Assembly (NCBI GenBank): GCA_965205485.1
Contig: OZ242180.1
Span: 4,800,001-4,864,000, forward strand
Direction of reading: 5' to 3'
DNA length: 64,000 bases
Source of the DNA: Candidatus Latescibacterota bacterium
GTDB taxonomy: Bacteria > Latescibacterota > UBA2968 > GCA-2709665
Positions 1 through 9,601 of this stretch are shown here, piece by piece. The notes below the pieces were generated by a model. It was not told where the DNA came from. It saw nothing but the letters and a program-made list of their open reading frames with translations, and ran no database searches. The position numbers were made by a program, and so were the translations under genes. Every line of letters begins with the position of its first letter. Position 1 is the first letter of the stretch.

Positions 1-324
1 GGTCTGGATTTCCTCCGCGCTGTTCTTCCAGGCAATGCCGAAGACCTGGACCCTGTCGCCGAATTTCTTCCTCAACTTGAAGACGTTCTTCAAATCCTTC
101 TTGCAGGACTTGCACCAGGTTGCCCACAAGTAGACGAAGGATGGCTTGCCTACGCAGACGTCGGCAAGATTCAGCGTATCACCTTCGAGCGTGACAACCT
201 GCACACGCGGCACGGGACCGGGTTTTCTATCCTTTGCCGCCCCGACATCCGGAACACAGCAGATCAGACACGTTACCAGCGCAACACCGGTGATCCGGGC
301 CAGTTTTGTCCTGCCCATAGACAT
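1..324 (-). CDS. TlpA/ResA-like thioredoxin-fold disulfide reductase (partial, runs off window edge)
   Basis: Own translation of minus strand from ATG 324: hydrophobic N-terminus, then PSFVYLWATWCKSCKKDL (WCxxC motif); GAGG RBS upstream. Confidence 0.8.
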   Translation of the reverse strand, partial: MSMGRTKLARITGVALVTCLICCVPDVGAAKDRKPGPVPRVQVVTLEGDTLNLADVCVGKPSFVYLWATWCKSCKKDLKNVFKLRKKFGDRVQVFGIAWKNSAEEIQT

Positions 325-383
325 CACCTCAATGAACGGTATCTGTACCCGACAACCGTCTCGCCCGATAGTCGATTGAAAGG

Positions 384-1577
384 TCATCTCTCTACGGCAT
401 ACTTGTAGACCACGCGGATGCGATGATTGAACGTATCCGCGATATACAGATTCTCTTCCCTGTCGAGCGCGACTCCGAACGGACTCCTGAGTTTTCCCCA
501 CCGGGGATGGTCGCTGTCGCCCTTGAAACCGGGCTCGCCGCACCGGCCGGCAAGCGTGGTGATTGTCCCCTCCGTATCCACCTTCCGGATACAATGGTTG
601 CCTGTGTCAGCAATATACAGGTTGCCCTCCGCGTCGACGGCCACGTCGCTCGGGCGCGACAGGCTGGCCTGGGTCGCCGGCCCGCCGTCTCCGGAATACG
701 TACCGGCGGTTGCGCCAATACTGCCGCCGCCGGCCACTGTGCTGATCCTGCCGCTGGTATCCACCATGCGTATCCGGTTGTTGAACGTATCGGCGATATA
801 AAGGTTGCCCCGGCCATCCATCGTGATCCGGCCGGCAGGCTGCGCGGCGTCACCCGTGGGCGCATACAGGTCGGCCAGGGTCGCAGGACCGCCGTCCCCG
901 GAAAACCCCTCCCGTCCGGTGCCCGCAACGGTAGAGATGATTCCGTTCAGATCAACCCTTCGAATGCGGAGGTTTCCCTGATCGGAGATATACATGCGGC
1001 CGGACGGATCGAAAACCGTGGAGCTCGGCAGATTCAGAGAGGCATCCAGAGCGGGGCCGCCATCGCCCCTGAACCCGCGATCGCCCCGGCCGGCGATGGG
1101 TTCGACGCGGCGCGAGGTAGCGTCGTATCGCAGGATCCTTGAGTTCTGCCAGGCCGACAGGATCAACCGCCCCTGCGGATCGAACGAAATATGTGCCGGA
1201 TGATCAACGCCTACCTCGAGCGCGGAACCCGCGGGCGCCGCGCCCGGTTCGCCGTTGCCGATCAGAGGGCGCAGGGTTCCGTTGTCGATCACGACAACCC
1301 GATTGTTGTTCCAGTCCAGAATGTACGTCCGGCCGTCGGGGCCGACGGCCATATCCTGAGGGAAATATAACTCCGAGTCGAGAGGACCCGATCCGGAGGC
1401 ATTCCTCCCCGGATCTCCGGTGCCGGCGATGGTGATCATGATTCCATAGGGCAACCCGGGATACGCTTCGTAGAGATCATCGTCCACGGTGGGCGGCGTC
1501 TTCCCACAGGCCGCCACGGCCACGGACGCCCAGATTATGAACGCCAGCCGGACCGAAATTTGTCTCAGGTTTCTCAT
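384..1577 (-). CDS. NHL-repeat beta-propeller lipoprotein
   Basis: Repeated GDGGPA...L..P..VA.D..GNLYIADT.N.RIR units; lipobox-like VAVAAC; start chosen at MRNLRQ. Confidence 0.85.
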   Translation of the reverse strand: MRNLRQISVRLAFIIWASVAVAACGKTPPTVDDDLYEAYPGLPYGIMITIAGTGDPGRNASGSGPLDSELYFPQDMAVGPDGRTYILDWNNNRVVVIDNGTLRPLIGNGEPGAAPAGSALEVGVDHPAHISFDPQGRLILSAWQNSRILRYDATSRRVEPIAGRGDRGFRGDGGPALDASLNLPSSTVFDPSGRMYISDQGNLRIRRVDLNGIISTVAGTGREGFSGDGGPATLADLYAPTGDAAQPAGRITMDGRGNLYIADTFNNRIRMVDTSGRISTVAGGGSIGATAGTYSGDGGPATQASLSRPSDVAVDAEGNLYIADTGNHCIRKVDTEGTITTLAGRCGEPGFKGDSDHPRWGKLRSPFGVALDREENLYIADTFNHRIRVVYKYAVER

Positions 1578-1703
1578 CCTGGTAAAAATAGGTACAAGCG
1601 TGCCGCGATTCAACCCTGAAGATGTTTTAGTTACCGGAATCCCGTATTACAGCGCAACCCCTGAACCTCGCGGTAAACCGTCCAAGGACGATCGTTCAGA
1701 CGG

Positions 1704-2594
1704 TCACCGTCCACCTTCCTCAAACGCCCGATAGTACGCCAGGGGCTGGGACAGGTCCTCATCGAGCTCCGTCAACACCAGCCGCATCCTGACCGTGCGA
1801 CGGCTGCCGGGCACCAGGTCGTCGCCGAACAGCGAAAAATCGAACGCGCTGTAATCCGTCATTCGATCGGCTTCGTCATCCACGTGATACCGGGTACTGA
1901 TGGCATAGCAGTCCGCCTCCGTCGACATCAGCACAACGCCCAGACGATTCCCGACGTCGGTCAGAAACGAGAACGGATAGCCATAGTACCGGACCGGGCA
2001 CATCTGCACGGTAGGCGAGTTGCTCTCACTGCGGTTCCACCGTCCGTCGACGCAGCGCCTCGCGGCGTGCGGGTCCCTCGGAAACACGATGACGGTCCCG
2101 CGAAAGACGTCATTCACCATGGGAACAACCAGCTCGGGGGCCTCGCTCGCCCGGCCGTAACGGCTTCCGTGCAGATAGATGTGGGGCAGCAGCGTCTTGT
2201 CGAAATAGTTCGACAGGAAGAGCTCATATCCCGCATAGGTCCCTTCGCACGATACCGTCACCGCCAGGTCGATGCAATTCGGCTCGACGACCTCGTAGCG
2301 GGCGGTCAGCGCGCCCTGATGGGTTTCGGTAGCGGGCCAATGTATTTCAATAACGTTGTCCCGGACGTCGACGGACCGGTCCATCAGACGAGGTTGATCC
2401 AGACCCTGGTGAACCGCGAACAACCGGAACAGGTTCAATGCCGAAAATTCGGGATGGATCACCTGCCTGCCGGTGACCTTATGCGTAAGCGTCCACACCC
2501 CGTGATAGTTTCCCGACGCGCGGATTTCGCCGGTCATCGCCTCCGTTTCGAAATGATACGCGCCGGCAGCCGGACGATATACGAACTCGGCCAT
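1704..2594 (-). CDS. Hypothetical protein
   Basis: About 296 aa, protein-like composition, GGGGGAG RBS before ATG 2594, co-oriented with upstream gene. Confidence 0.7.
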   Translation of the reverse strand: MAEFVYRPAAGAYHFETEAMTGEIRASGNYHGVWTLTHKVTGRQVIHPEFSALNLFRLFAVHQGLDQPRLMDRSVDVRDNVIEIHWPATETHQGALTARYEVVEPNCIDLAVTVSCEGTYAGYELFLSNYFDKTLLPHIYLHGSRYGRASEAPELVVPMVNDVFRGTVIVFPRDPHAARRCVDGRWNRSESNSPTVQMCPVRYYGYPFSFLTDVGNRLGVVLMSTEADCYAISTRYHVDDEADRMTDYSAFDFSLFGDDLVPGSRRTVRMRLVLTELDEDLSQPLAYYRAFEEGGR

Positions 2595-2616
2595 TTTCAC
2601 TCCCCCGTCCTGGAAT

Positions 2617-4080
2617 CTATTCGGCGGTGATCTCTTCAATTCGTTCCGCGACCGCCCCGGTCAGGATCTCCAGACAGCCGGGCGCGAGACTCGACGGCTC
2701 CTCCTGGTAGAGACCCTTGCCGTAAGCGTCCTTCCGCAACAGGTAAGCGACCTGCACATTGCCCGCCAGAGGAGAAACCAGAATCGCGAACCGGGGAAAC
2801 CGCCGGCGCAACACCACCTGAAGATCGCTGTAGGGTTCCCCGCCGCATGTCACCCAGACCGCGTCTCCCATACGGTATACGGAGAATCGATACGGGTAGG
2901 TCTCGCCAGGCGGCAGGTTCGCAATTCGCGCGAGCCAGCGCCTGGCGCGCTCCGCCCGGGCGCCGCAGGTTCGGGCCTCCGCAGCGTCGCCGGCCGCAGA
3001 GGCGGCCCGTTCGGCTTCCGACCATCGCGCCAGCTCGTCCCGGAGCGATTCCGGGTCGCGGCGTTTTTTCATCGGCAGGTCCACGGAATACACGCCGCCG
3101 TCGAAAATGGAAGCCTCGCGCAATCGCTCCCGTCCAAACGGCGCGTGCGCCCACGCGCCAATCGTGGCCCCTGAGATTACGGGACCCTGATACTCGAAGT
3201 CCGTGCCCGGCGGCCCCATCGACATCAGAACGGAAAGCGCCGCAAACCCCAGCTGGCGCCCGTTCTTCTCCGCGACGTCGACGTCACCCACGAATCCGTG
3301 TTTCGGACCCAGGTCCCCGCACGGCGCCAGCGCGAACGTGCAGGGCGCCCCGGTTACCCGCTCGACTTCCTCCCGCATCGTACCCACGTAATCCGGGCTG
3401 ATCAGCGTATTTTCCCATGCAAGCGTGGTCGGGTGGCACGCGTAATTCACCACCGTCGCCACGGTCCTGCCGTCTCCTTCCGTCAGGCGTCCCACCAGCA
3501 GGGTATCGTCGCCGTTGCCTTCCGGATTGTACCCGCAGACATATCCGTCGAACACCTCGTCCCGGTAGTCCCTGTCGGCCGCCATATCGCAAAAACCGGA
3601 TGCATAGGTAATCAGCACCTCCCGCACTCCTGACATCGCCTCTCCGCAAGCCTCCGCCAGCTGATTCCCCACGTCCTCAAGAAACGGCTCGATCAGCTCG
3701 CCTCCGGGCATGCCGAAACGATCCGGCGCGTACCATCCGGAGGCGTGGGTGTGCGAGAACGTCACGTCCACCCGATCCCGATCGACCCCCGCCGCCTTGG
3801 CGAGCGCCTTCACCAGCGCCGCATACTGTTGGGCGACAAGGCCGACCAGGTCCAGATGCGCCCGAACCAGCCGAATCTCCGCCGGTGCGTCCACTGATTC
3901 AAAAACCGACACGTCTCCAAGAATCGGGCGATGAACGCCCGTGGCCCTGTCGTGCCTGGCCGCGCCCCACATGCGGTGATAGATTCCCACCGGCGGCGTG
4001 ATGTCCACGCGCGCGAAGCCGAAGCGCACGCGTGAGGTTGGCGCACGCTGTTTTCTTCGAACCATACTGACCTTCTCCAC
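2617..4080 (-). CDS. Neutral/alkaline ceramidase-like amidohydrolase (start uncertain, 4065-4131)
   Basis: GFARVDITPP, SHTHAS and VNYACHPT motifs typical of this family. Confidence 0.7.
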   Translation of the reverse strand: MEKVSMVRRKQRAPTSRVRFGFARVDITPPVGIYHRMWGAARHDRATGVHRPILGDVSVFESVDAPAEIRLVRAHLDLVGLVAQQYAALVKALAKAAGVDRDRVDVTFSHTHASGWYAPDRFGMPGGELIEPFLEDVGNQLAEACGEAMSGVREVLITYASGFCDMAADRDYRDEVFDGYVCGYNPEGNGDDTLLVGRLTEGDGRTVATVVNYACHPTTLAWENTLISPDYVGTMREEVERVTGAPCTFALAPCGDLGPKHGFVGDVDVAEKNGRQLGFAALSVLMSMGPPGTDFEYQGPVISGATIGAWAHAPFGRERLREASIFDGGVYSVDLPMKKRRDPESLRDELARWSEAERAASAAGDAAEARTCGARAERARRWLARIANLPPGETYPYRFSVYRMGDAVWVTCGGEPYSDLQVVLRRRFPRFAILVSPLAGNVQVAYLLRKDAYGKGLYQEEPSSLAPGCLEILTGAVAERIEEITAE

Positions 4081-4155
4081 AGCAACAATGCCGGATGCAG
4101 ACCTATCCCCATCCCGGGCCAGGTTCCCCATTCGAGCCTTCGACGTCTCCGGCCA

Positions 4156-4878
4156 CTACCGCAACTGATACGCGATCGCGTAGGCCGTCTTGTGCTCGCC
4201 CGAACGGTTCACCTCGGAACGATGCCACGTGTAGTTCGAGAAGAACGCGGCGTCTCCTGGCCGCATCGGTAACACCACTTCGCCGGACAGGTCCACGCCG
4301 TCCGTTGGAATCCGCCAACGGCTGAACGCTTCCCCCGTCCGCGCAGCGTGATAGTTCGGTTCGTCGTAATAACGTTCGTGGGTCGTCAGTGTCCAATCCC
4401 TGTGGGTCCCGGGCAGAATTCCCAGCGCACTGGCGTCCACGCCCACTTCGTCCAGCGCGATCCAGGTATTGCACCCTCGTCCCGGCTCGATCTTCCAGTA
4501 GTAGGAATCCTGGTGATAGAATGAATGCCCGTCGATCTCACGGTGCTTGATGAGCGCCTGATCCGTAAATCGCTTCACGGGGCCGCCCAGGATTTGCGAC
4601 ATCGCAGCTTGCAGATTGTCGTGGTCCGCAATCTCCCGGAAGACGGCCTCCTGTCTCGCGGGCCTCTGGACGCCGACTGGCAGGAAACCACCCTTTTTGT
4701 TTCGAAACTTCCCGGGATCCAGCACCTGAAAATGCAGATCCGGCCAGTCGTGCCCACCCTCCATCAACTCCATAAGCCGGTTCCGCACCGCGGCCGCCTC
4801 GGCTGGTGATATCAGGCCATCCACCGTTGTATATCCGTCGTACTCATACTGCCGCAACTTCGACTCGTCCAGCTTCAT
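4156..4878 (-). CDS. Phytanoyl-CoA dioxygenase (PhyH) family 2OG-Fe(II) oxygenase
   Basis: YEYDGY start motif, HQD (HxD), WIALD, PGTH and distal WHRS. Confidence 0.88.
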   Translation of the reverse strand: MKLDESKLRQYEYDGYTTVDGLISPAEAAAVRNRLMELMEGGHDWPDLHFQVLDPGKFRNKKGGFLPVGVQRPARQEAVFREIADHDNLQAAMSQILGGPVKRFTDQALIKHREIDGHSFYHQDSYYWKIEPGRGCNTWIALDEVGVDASALGILPGTHRDWTLTTHERYYDEPNYHAARTGEAFSRWRIPTDGVDLSGEVVLPMRPGDAAFFSNYTWHRSEVNRSGEHKTAYAIAYQLR

Positions 4879-4914
4879 GGGGCAATCTCCCGGTTTTCCC
4901 ACAATGACACCTAG

Positions 4915-5075
4915 TGTCCTGTCCCAAAAATTCCTCACCATTCGACCGCCGATTCATCCAGTCTCGCTGCGTTCCCCTCGCTCGCCGACCATACGCAGGT
5001 CGCCTGCGCTCGGGCGCCTTGCGAGCCAGGCGACTCGGCGGTCGAATTTTGGCAACTTATTTCCGGGACAGAACA
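4915..5075. mobile_element. Palindromic MITE-like element, family 3 (TGTCCTGTCCC ends)
   Basis: Terminal IR TGTCCTGTCCC / GGGACAGAACA flanked by CTAG and CTGG; internal 13-bp perfect IR ATTCGACCGCCGA (4940-4952) / TCGGCGGTCGAAT (5035-5047); intergenic. Confidence 0.7.
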
Positions 5076-5143
5076 CTGGTTGTGACGATCATTGACGTCA
5101 TGCAGGCCCGACCCGTCGAATCCGCATCGGAAATACCCGGCCG

Positions 5144-6142
5144 TCACTCGCCCTCGAACCTGCCCACCGCGTAACCCATCCCGGTAGCGCCGAACCTGTT
5201 GCCCGTATACCAGCACCGGAACTCCTCGCCACACTTGACGATACTCACGTAGCACCGCTGTCTGTCGTCGAACGTACCCGGCCTCCCCACTCCGAACTCC
5301 CCTTCCGGTCCGCTGTCGCACCAGCGCCAGTTCCGGAGGTCAGGTCCGACCAGACTCCTCATCCGATAGGCCGTGCCGAAGGTGTTCACCCACATCCGGT
5401 AGCCGCCGGGTTCCTGCAAGACGAAGGGCTTTGAGCAGATGTACTCGTAGGGTTCGGTGTCGAAACCCCTTGGCCCGACCATCAGATCATTCACCGGCTT
5501 CGTCCATGCGATCCCGTCCGGCGACGCCGCATAGGCAATGCCGATGCGGGGAATCACGTCTCCGTGGCCCGTGATCGCGCCGTCGGGACGGTTGAAGTAG
5601 GCCCCGATGGACGTATAGTACATATGGTAGCCGTCATTGGCCCGCAAGACACATACGCTTCCGGTTCCCTCCCGGTCCCAGTCCCGGTCCAGCGGCAGGA
5701 TCGGTTCCCGTTTCGGATAGCGGAAGCGGTAGCCACCGTCGTCGCTGACTGCCACGCCCGTGGTATTGGAAAGCTTGCCGTCCTCCCTGGGTTTTCCCCA
5801 TCCGCAGAAATACAGGAGCCATGGGCCGTCGTCCCTCGGAACCACGAACGGAAAACCCGGCCCCTCGTCGTTATAGGCCGTGTCACGCTGCCGGCTGAGC
5901 GCGACGCCCACGGGCTCCCAGTCGTTGGGATCATCCACCGGGCTCTCGGCGATCAGAATGCGGTGAAACCCGTTCGCTCCCGTTCCCCAGTAATACATCC
6001 GGTACCGGTCCCCAAGCTGCAGGACGTGGGCGGCGCCCGCGCGGCGGCTGTCCATATCCGCGTGCAACTGACCCGGGGCGATCACCGGGTTCTTGTCGCT
6101 GAACCTCCAGTGGATCCGTCCTGAAATCGAGTGTCGACCCAT
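5144..6142 (-). CDS. Five-bladed beta-propeller glycosidase-like protein (GH32/43/130-like fold)
   Basis: KNPVI, repeated YRMYY/WLLYF/YHMYY strands, IAYAASPDGIAWTK and AVSDDGG Asp-box-like motifs. Confidence 0.7.
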   Translation of the reverse strand: MGRHSISGRIHWRFSDKNPVIAPGQLHADMDSRRAGAAHVLQLGDRYRMYYWGTGANGFHRILIAESPVDDPNDWEPVGVALSRQRDTAYNDEGPGFPFVVPRDDGPWLLYFCGWGKPREDGKLSNTTGVAVSDDGGYRFRYPKREPILPLDRDWDREGTGSVCVLRANDGYHMYYTSIGAYFNRPDGAITGHGDVIPRIGIAYAASPDGIAWTKPVNDLMVGPRGFDTEPYEYICSKPFVLQEPGGYRMWVNTFGTAYRMRSLVGPDLRNWRWCDSGPEGEFGVGRPGTFDDRQRCYVSIVKCGEEFRCWYTGNRFGATGMGYAVGRFEGE

Positions 6143-6198
6143 GGAATTCCTCACTTCCCGTTCAAGTACAGCGAAAAACGCAGGCGATGCAAAATCAA

Positions 6199-7788
6199 TC
6201 AGGCGCGCCGCAACACCCGGCCGTACCGTTGTCCCGTCAGGACGCCGTCTTTCACCGCAACGCCGCCACTTACCAGCACGTGACGCATGCCAACGGCCGT
6301 CCGGTTCGGCTCGAACGTGGTTCCCCGCTCGGCGAACACGTTCGGATCGAAAACGGCCAGGTCCGCATGCGCCCCATTTCGAATCACGCCCCGGTCCGTC
6401 AAACCCAGCCGGGAAGCGGGCAGCCCCGTCAGCCTGCGCACGGCCTCCTGCGGGCTGAACAACCGCCGGTCCCGGACGAAATGCCGGAAGAACCAGGATG
6501 CCCAGGTATAGGCGCCGTGAAACGTGTCGTCCTTCAACGGCCCGTCCGTCGCGAGCGCCGTCGCGTCGGAGCCGACCATACAGAACGGGTGTTCGAATGC
6601 CGCCCGGACGTCCGTCTCGCGATAGCTGAATGCGATCACCATAATCTCGTGCATCCGGTCAGATGCCGCAATCAGAATGTCGCAGATGGCGTCGAAGGCG
6701 TTTTCGGTTCCGGCGGCGGCAAGTTCGGCAATGCTCTTTCCGCAAAGCTCCGGCTGCACGGGCGAGTGGAAGACGACGATCCGACTCCAGTCCCCCTGCG
6801 CCAGAGAGGCAACGATACTGTCGCAGTTTTCCATTTCACGGCGAATGGATGGAACCCGCAGCCGACTCGCGACTTCCTCCGAACTGCCCTCCAGCGCCCG
6901 AAGCGGAAGCGCCGCGCTCAGGTTGGTTGTCCCGAAGAGCCGCGTGTGCATGTCGAATTGAACGTCCACCCCCCTGCCCCGCGCCCGGTCGACCTGTTCG
7001 AGCGCACGATCGACCGCCCGACGGCCGTCGTCCGCCAGCCTGGCAACGGAAGAAATATGCGAGATCTGCAGGGGCGCATCGGCTGTTTCGGCCGTTCGGA
7101 TCGATTCTGCGATGGCTTCGTCCGCCTCGCCCATCCGATTGCGCGTATGCGTGGTGTAGATTCCGCCGTATTTTGCGGCGACCGCACATAGCTCTGAAAT
7201 CTCGTCCTCGGGGCAATCCCGTTCCGGACCGTATTCGAGGCCCGTGGAATACCCCACCGCGCCTTCCTCCAGGCCCTGCGCCAGCAGGCGCTTCATCTTC
7301 CGCCGTTCGTCCGGCGTGGACGGACGGTCCAACGCCTCGCAGGCTGCGAGTCTCAGGTTGCCGTTGGGCACGAGAGTCATCACATTCACGGCCGGGCGCC
7401 GTTCCCCCAGGCGATCCAGATACTCGCCCACGCTGCGCCAGTCGATCTCATATCCGGTTCTGCATCCGTATATATTCGCCCGCGTGCGCGCCGGATCGCC
7501 GATGGGTGCGCTTCCGTGCCCGCAGTTGCCCGCCACCTCCAGCGTCACCCCCTGCATGATCGAGCTCACCGCCCGGGGATCGACCATCAGGGTAAAGTCC
7601 GAGTGACTATGGATGTCGATAAATCCCGGCGTCACGTAGCAACCGGACGCATCCAGGTGCGGAACGCCGTCAGGCCGCGGGATCCGGCCGACGCCGACGA
7701 TCCGCCCCTCCGCCACGGCCACGTCGCCGTGGACGGGAACGGCGCCGGTCCCGTCAACCACGGTTCCGCCAGAGATGACAAGATCCAC
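6199..7788 (-). CDS. N-acyl-D-amino-acid deacylase (D-aminoacylase family)
   Basis: GGTVVDGTG, PGFIDIHSHSD, GVTLEVAGNCG, STGLEY, ISH, GSD and DLAVFDP motifs. Confidence 0.92.
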   Translation of the reverse strand: MDLVISGGTVVDGTGAVPVHGDVAVAEGRIVGVGRIPRPDGVPHLDASGCYVTPGFIDIHSHSDFTLMVDPRAVSSIMQGVTLEVAGNCGHGSAPIGDPARTRANIYGCRTGYEIDWRSVGEYLDRLGERRPAVNVMTLVPNGNLRLAACEALDRPSTPDERRKMKRLLAQGLEEGAVGYSTGLEYGPERDCPEDEISELCAVAAKYGGIYTTHTRNRMGEADEAIAESIRTAETADAPLQISHISSVARLADDGRRAVDRALEQVDRARGRGVDVQFDMHTRLFGTTNLSAALPLRALEGSSEEVASRLRVPSIRREMENCDSIVASLAQGDWSRIVVFHSPVQPELCGKSIAELAAAGTENAFDAICDILIAASDRMHEIMVIAFSYRETDVRAAFEHPFCMVGSDATALATDGPLKDDTFHGAYTWASWFFRHFVRDRRLFSPQEAVRRLTGLPASRLGLTDRGVIRNGAHADLAVFDPNVFAERGTTFEPNRTAVGMRHVLVSGGVAVKDGVLTGQRYGRVLRRA

Positions 7789-7835
7789 TGTCGATTCCCG
7801 CTAGTGCCGAATCCGGTTACTCGATTTGTTCATAC

Positions 7836-7873
7836 AAAAAACGGTCTCGTAGACTCAGGCTGCCACGAGACCG
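7836..7873 (-). terminator. Rho-independent terminator after ankyrin genes
   Basis: Minus strand CGGTCTCGTGG-loop-CTACGAGACCG followed by TTTTTT. Confidence 0.75.
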
Positions 7874-7903
7874 ATTCTCTGGGCCAAGAACCCTTCCGGG
7901 TTC

Positions 7904-8704
7904 CTATCTTGAACTCGATGAGGCCCTTCCCGTGCCGGCTGTGCGTAGAAAGTCGACGACGTCAGTGTGCCCATTCTCCTGCGCCAGATCCAGTGCGGTC
8001 TTTCTGTCCGTTGAGTCGTAAAACCGCCGGGGATACCCGTGATACTCGCTGGCTGGAAGTCTGCCCGCGTAGTCCTCCGGGCCAGCATACCCTCCCGCCG
8101 TCCGACGACCTGAGCTATACGCAGGAGGGGGCTCTTCCGGCATTTTCAGGAATTCAGGCGAGTTAAAACTCTCCTTTTCCGGCTTTGTGTCGAACAACCA
8201 ATAGCCGCCGCTTGTCAGCTGCACATTGGCGCCGCCGTCGACGAGCGCCTTGACAACTTGCAAATGACCCCTCTCCGCTGCGAGCATCAGCGGGGTCTTT
8301 CCGTCTTTCAACACCCAGTCGACGTCAATTTCAGTGCGTTCCGCCATGAACTGGGATTGCGGGCCTGAACTGTCTGCATTGACAAATCGTTCCCTCGTAA
8401 GTGCGGACCCCTGATGGCGATACGCGCGCGTGCGCGGATGGGTGCTCAACGACCATGCCACCGCGTCCAGGTGCGCGCCGGCCTGAATCAGAGCCTGTAC
8501 GACCTCAAGGTGACCCTCCCTGGCCGCCAGCGTTAGAGGCGAATGCCCCTGAACCGTCCTGACATTCACGCCGCTGCCACGATCAATGGACCGCTGAACG
8601 CCGTCGACGTCTCCACGTTTTGACAGATCCATTAGCGAGGCACCGCAAGCCGCCGCAGCCGACAGAAGAATTATCGCCACAAAGCGCTCAATTGTTCGAG
8701 ACAT
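7904..8704 (-). CDS. Ankyrin-repeat lipoprotein (paralog 2)
   Basis: SPLTLAAREGHLEVVQALIQAGA, TPLMLAAERGHLQVVKALVDGGA, TALDLAQENGH; lipobox-like SAAAAC. Confidence 0.85.
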   Translation of the reverse strand: MSRTIERFVAIILLSAAAACGASLMDLSKRGDVDGVQRSIDRGSGVNVRTVQGHSPLTLAAREGHLEVVQALIQAGAHLDAVAWSLSTHPRTRAYRHQGSALTRERFVNADSSGPQSQFMAERTEIDVDWVLKDGKTPLMLAAERGHLQVVKALVDGGANVQLTSGGYWLFDTKPEKESFNSPEFLKMPEEPPPAYSSGRRTAGGYAGPEDYAGRLPASEYHGYPRRFYDSTDRKTALDLAQENGHTDVVDFLRTAGTGRASSSSR

Positions 8705-9527
8705 CGGTCGCGTCCTCAGGTGTGGATGGAAGTTCACGTTTCAGACTCGACGGGGTCATCCCGGCCCCGGATTCCAGGAGGAAGTCGATGATTTCCTTAT
8801 GTCCGTTCATGTAAGCCAGGTCCAGCGCCGTGTTGCCCCCGATCGCCCAGGATGGACGGTCGGAATCCACAATATCGTAATGTAGAACGCGGCCATGTTC
8901 CGGACCGTAGTAACTGCCGCCGTGTTTGTCCTCTTCGCGACCGATATCTTCCGGCGGCGCGCCGGTATAACCCGCGAGGATCCCGTCGTAGTCCCTGTAC
9001 GACGGCATACCGGGGGTCACGACTTCGCCGCCGCTGGTGGCGAACAGGGCGGAGCCGCCTTCTACAAGGGCTTTTACCACGTCCAGGTGGCCGGCCTCGG
9101 CAGCAAGCATCAACGCCGTCTTTCCGTCTCTCAACACCCAGTACGCCGAACCGCGCGTACGCTGCGCCATGAACCTGGACTGGGGCCCGGAACTGTCGGG
9201 GTTGGCATACCGTTCCCTGATGAACGCGTAGCTGCCGTGACGGTCCTGGCTTTCGACGGTGTGGGCGCCGACCGTCCAGGCCACCGCGTCGACGTCCGCG
9301 CCTTCACGGAGAAGGGCGAGGACGATTTCGAGATGACCCTCTCTGGCAGCCAGCGTCAATGGGCTGTGGCCCTGCGGCGTCCTGGCATTCACGTCGTTTC
9401 CGCGATTAATGGATCGCCGAACGCCGTCGACGTCTCCGCGCCGCGACAGTTCCGTAAGCGGGGCGCCGCAGCCCGCGAACACCAACAACAGCAGGACCGG
9501 CACAAATTGTTTGATTTTTATGGACAT
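8688..9527 (-). CDS. Ankyrin-repeat lipoprotein (paralog 1)
   Basis: SPLTLAAREGHLEIV, TALMLAAEAGHLDVV, TALDLAYMNGH; lipobox LVFAGC; GGAGG RBS before ATG 9527. Confidence 0.85.
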   Translation of the reverse strand: MSIKIKQFVPVLLLLVFAGCGAPLTELSRRGDVDGVRRSINRGNDVNARTPQGHSPLTLAAREGHLEIVLALLREGADVDAVAWTVGAHTVESQDRHGSYAFIRERYANPDSSGPQSRFMAQRTRGSAYWVLRDGKTALMLAAEAGHLDVVKALVEGGSALFATSGGEVVTPGMPSYRDYDGILAGYTGAPPEDIGREEDKHGGSYYGPEHGRVLHYDIVDSDRPSWAIGGNTALDLAYMNGHKEIIDFLLESGAGMTPSSLKRELPSTPEDATDVSNN

Positions 9528-9601
9528 AGGCTGCCTCCGAAATGAATTGGTCCAAGCTTCTCTCAGTCCCCGTACAAATATATCACCAATCCGCGTTCGA
9601 G

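Noticed and set aside
7801..7830. CTAGTGCCGAATCC as a possible lone MITE end
   Set aside because: No partner inverted repeat or core motif nearby
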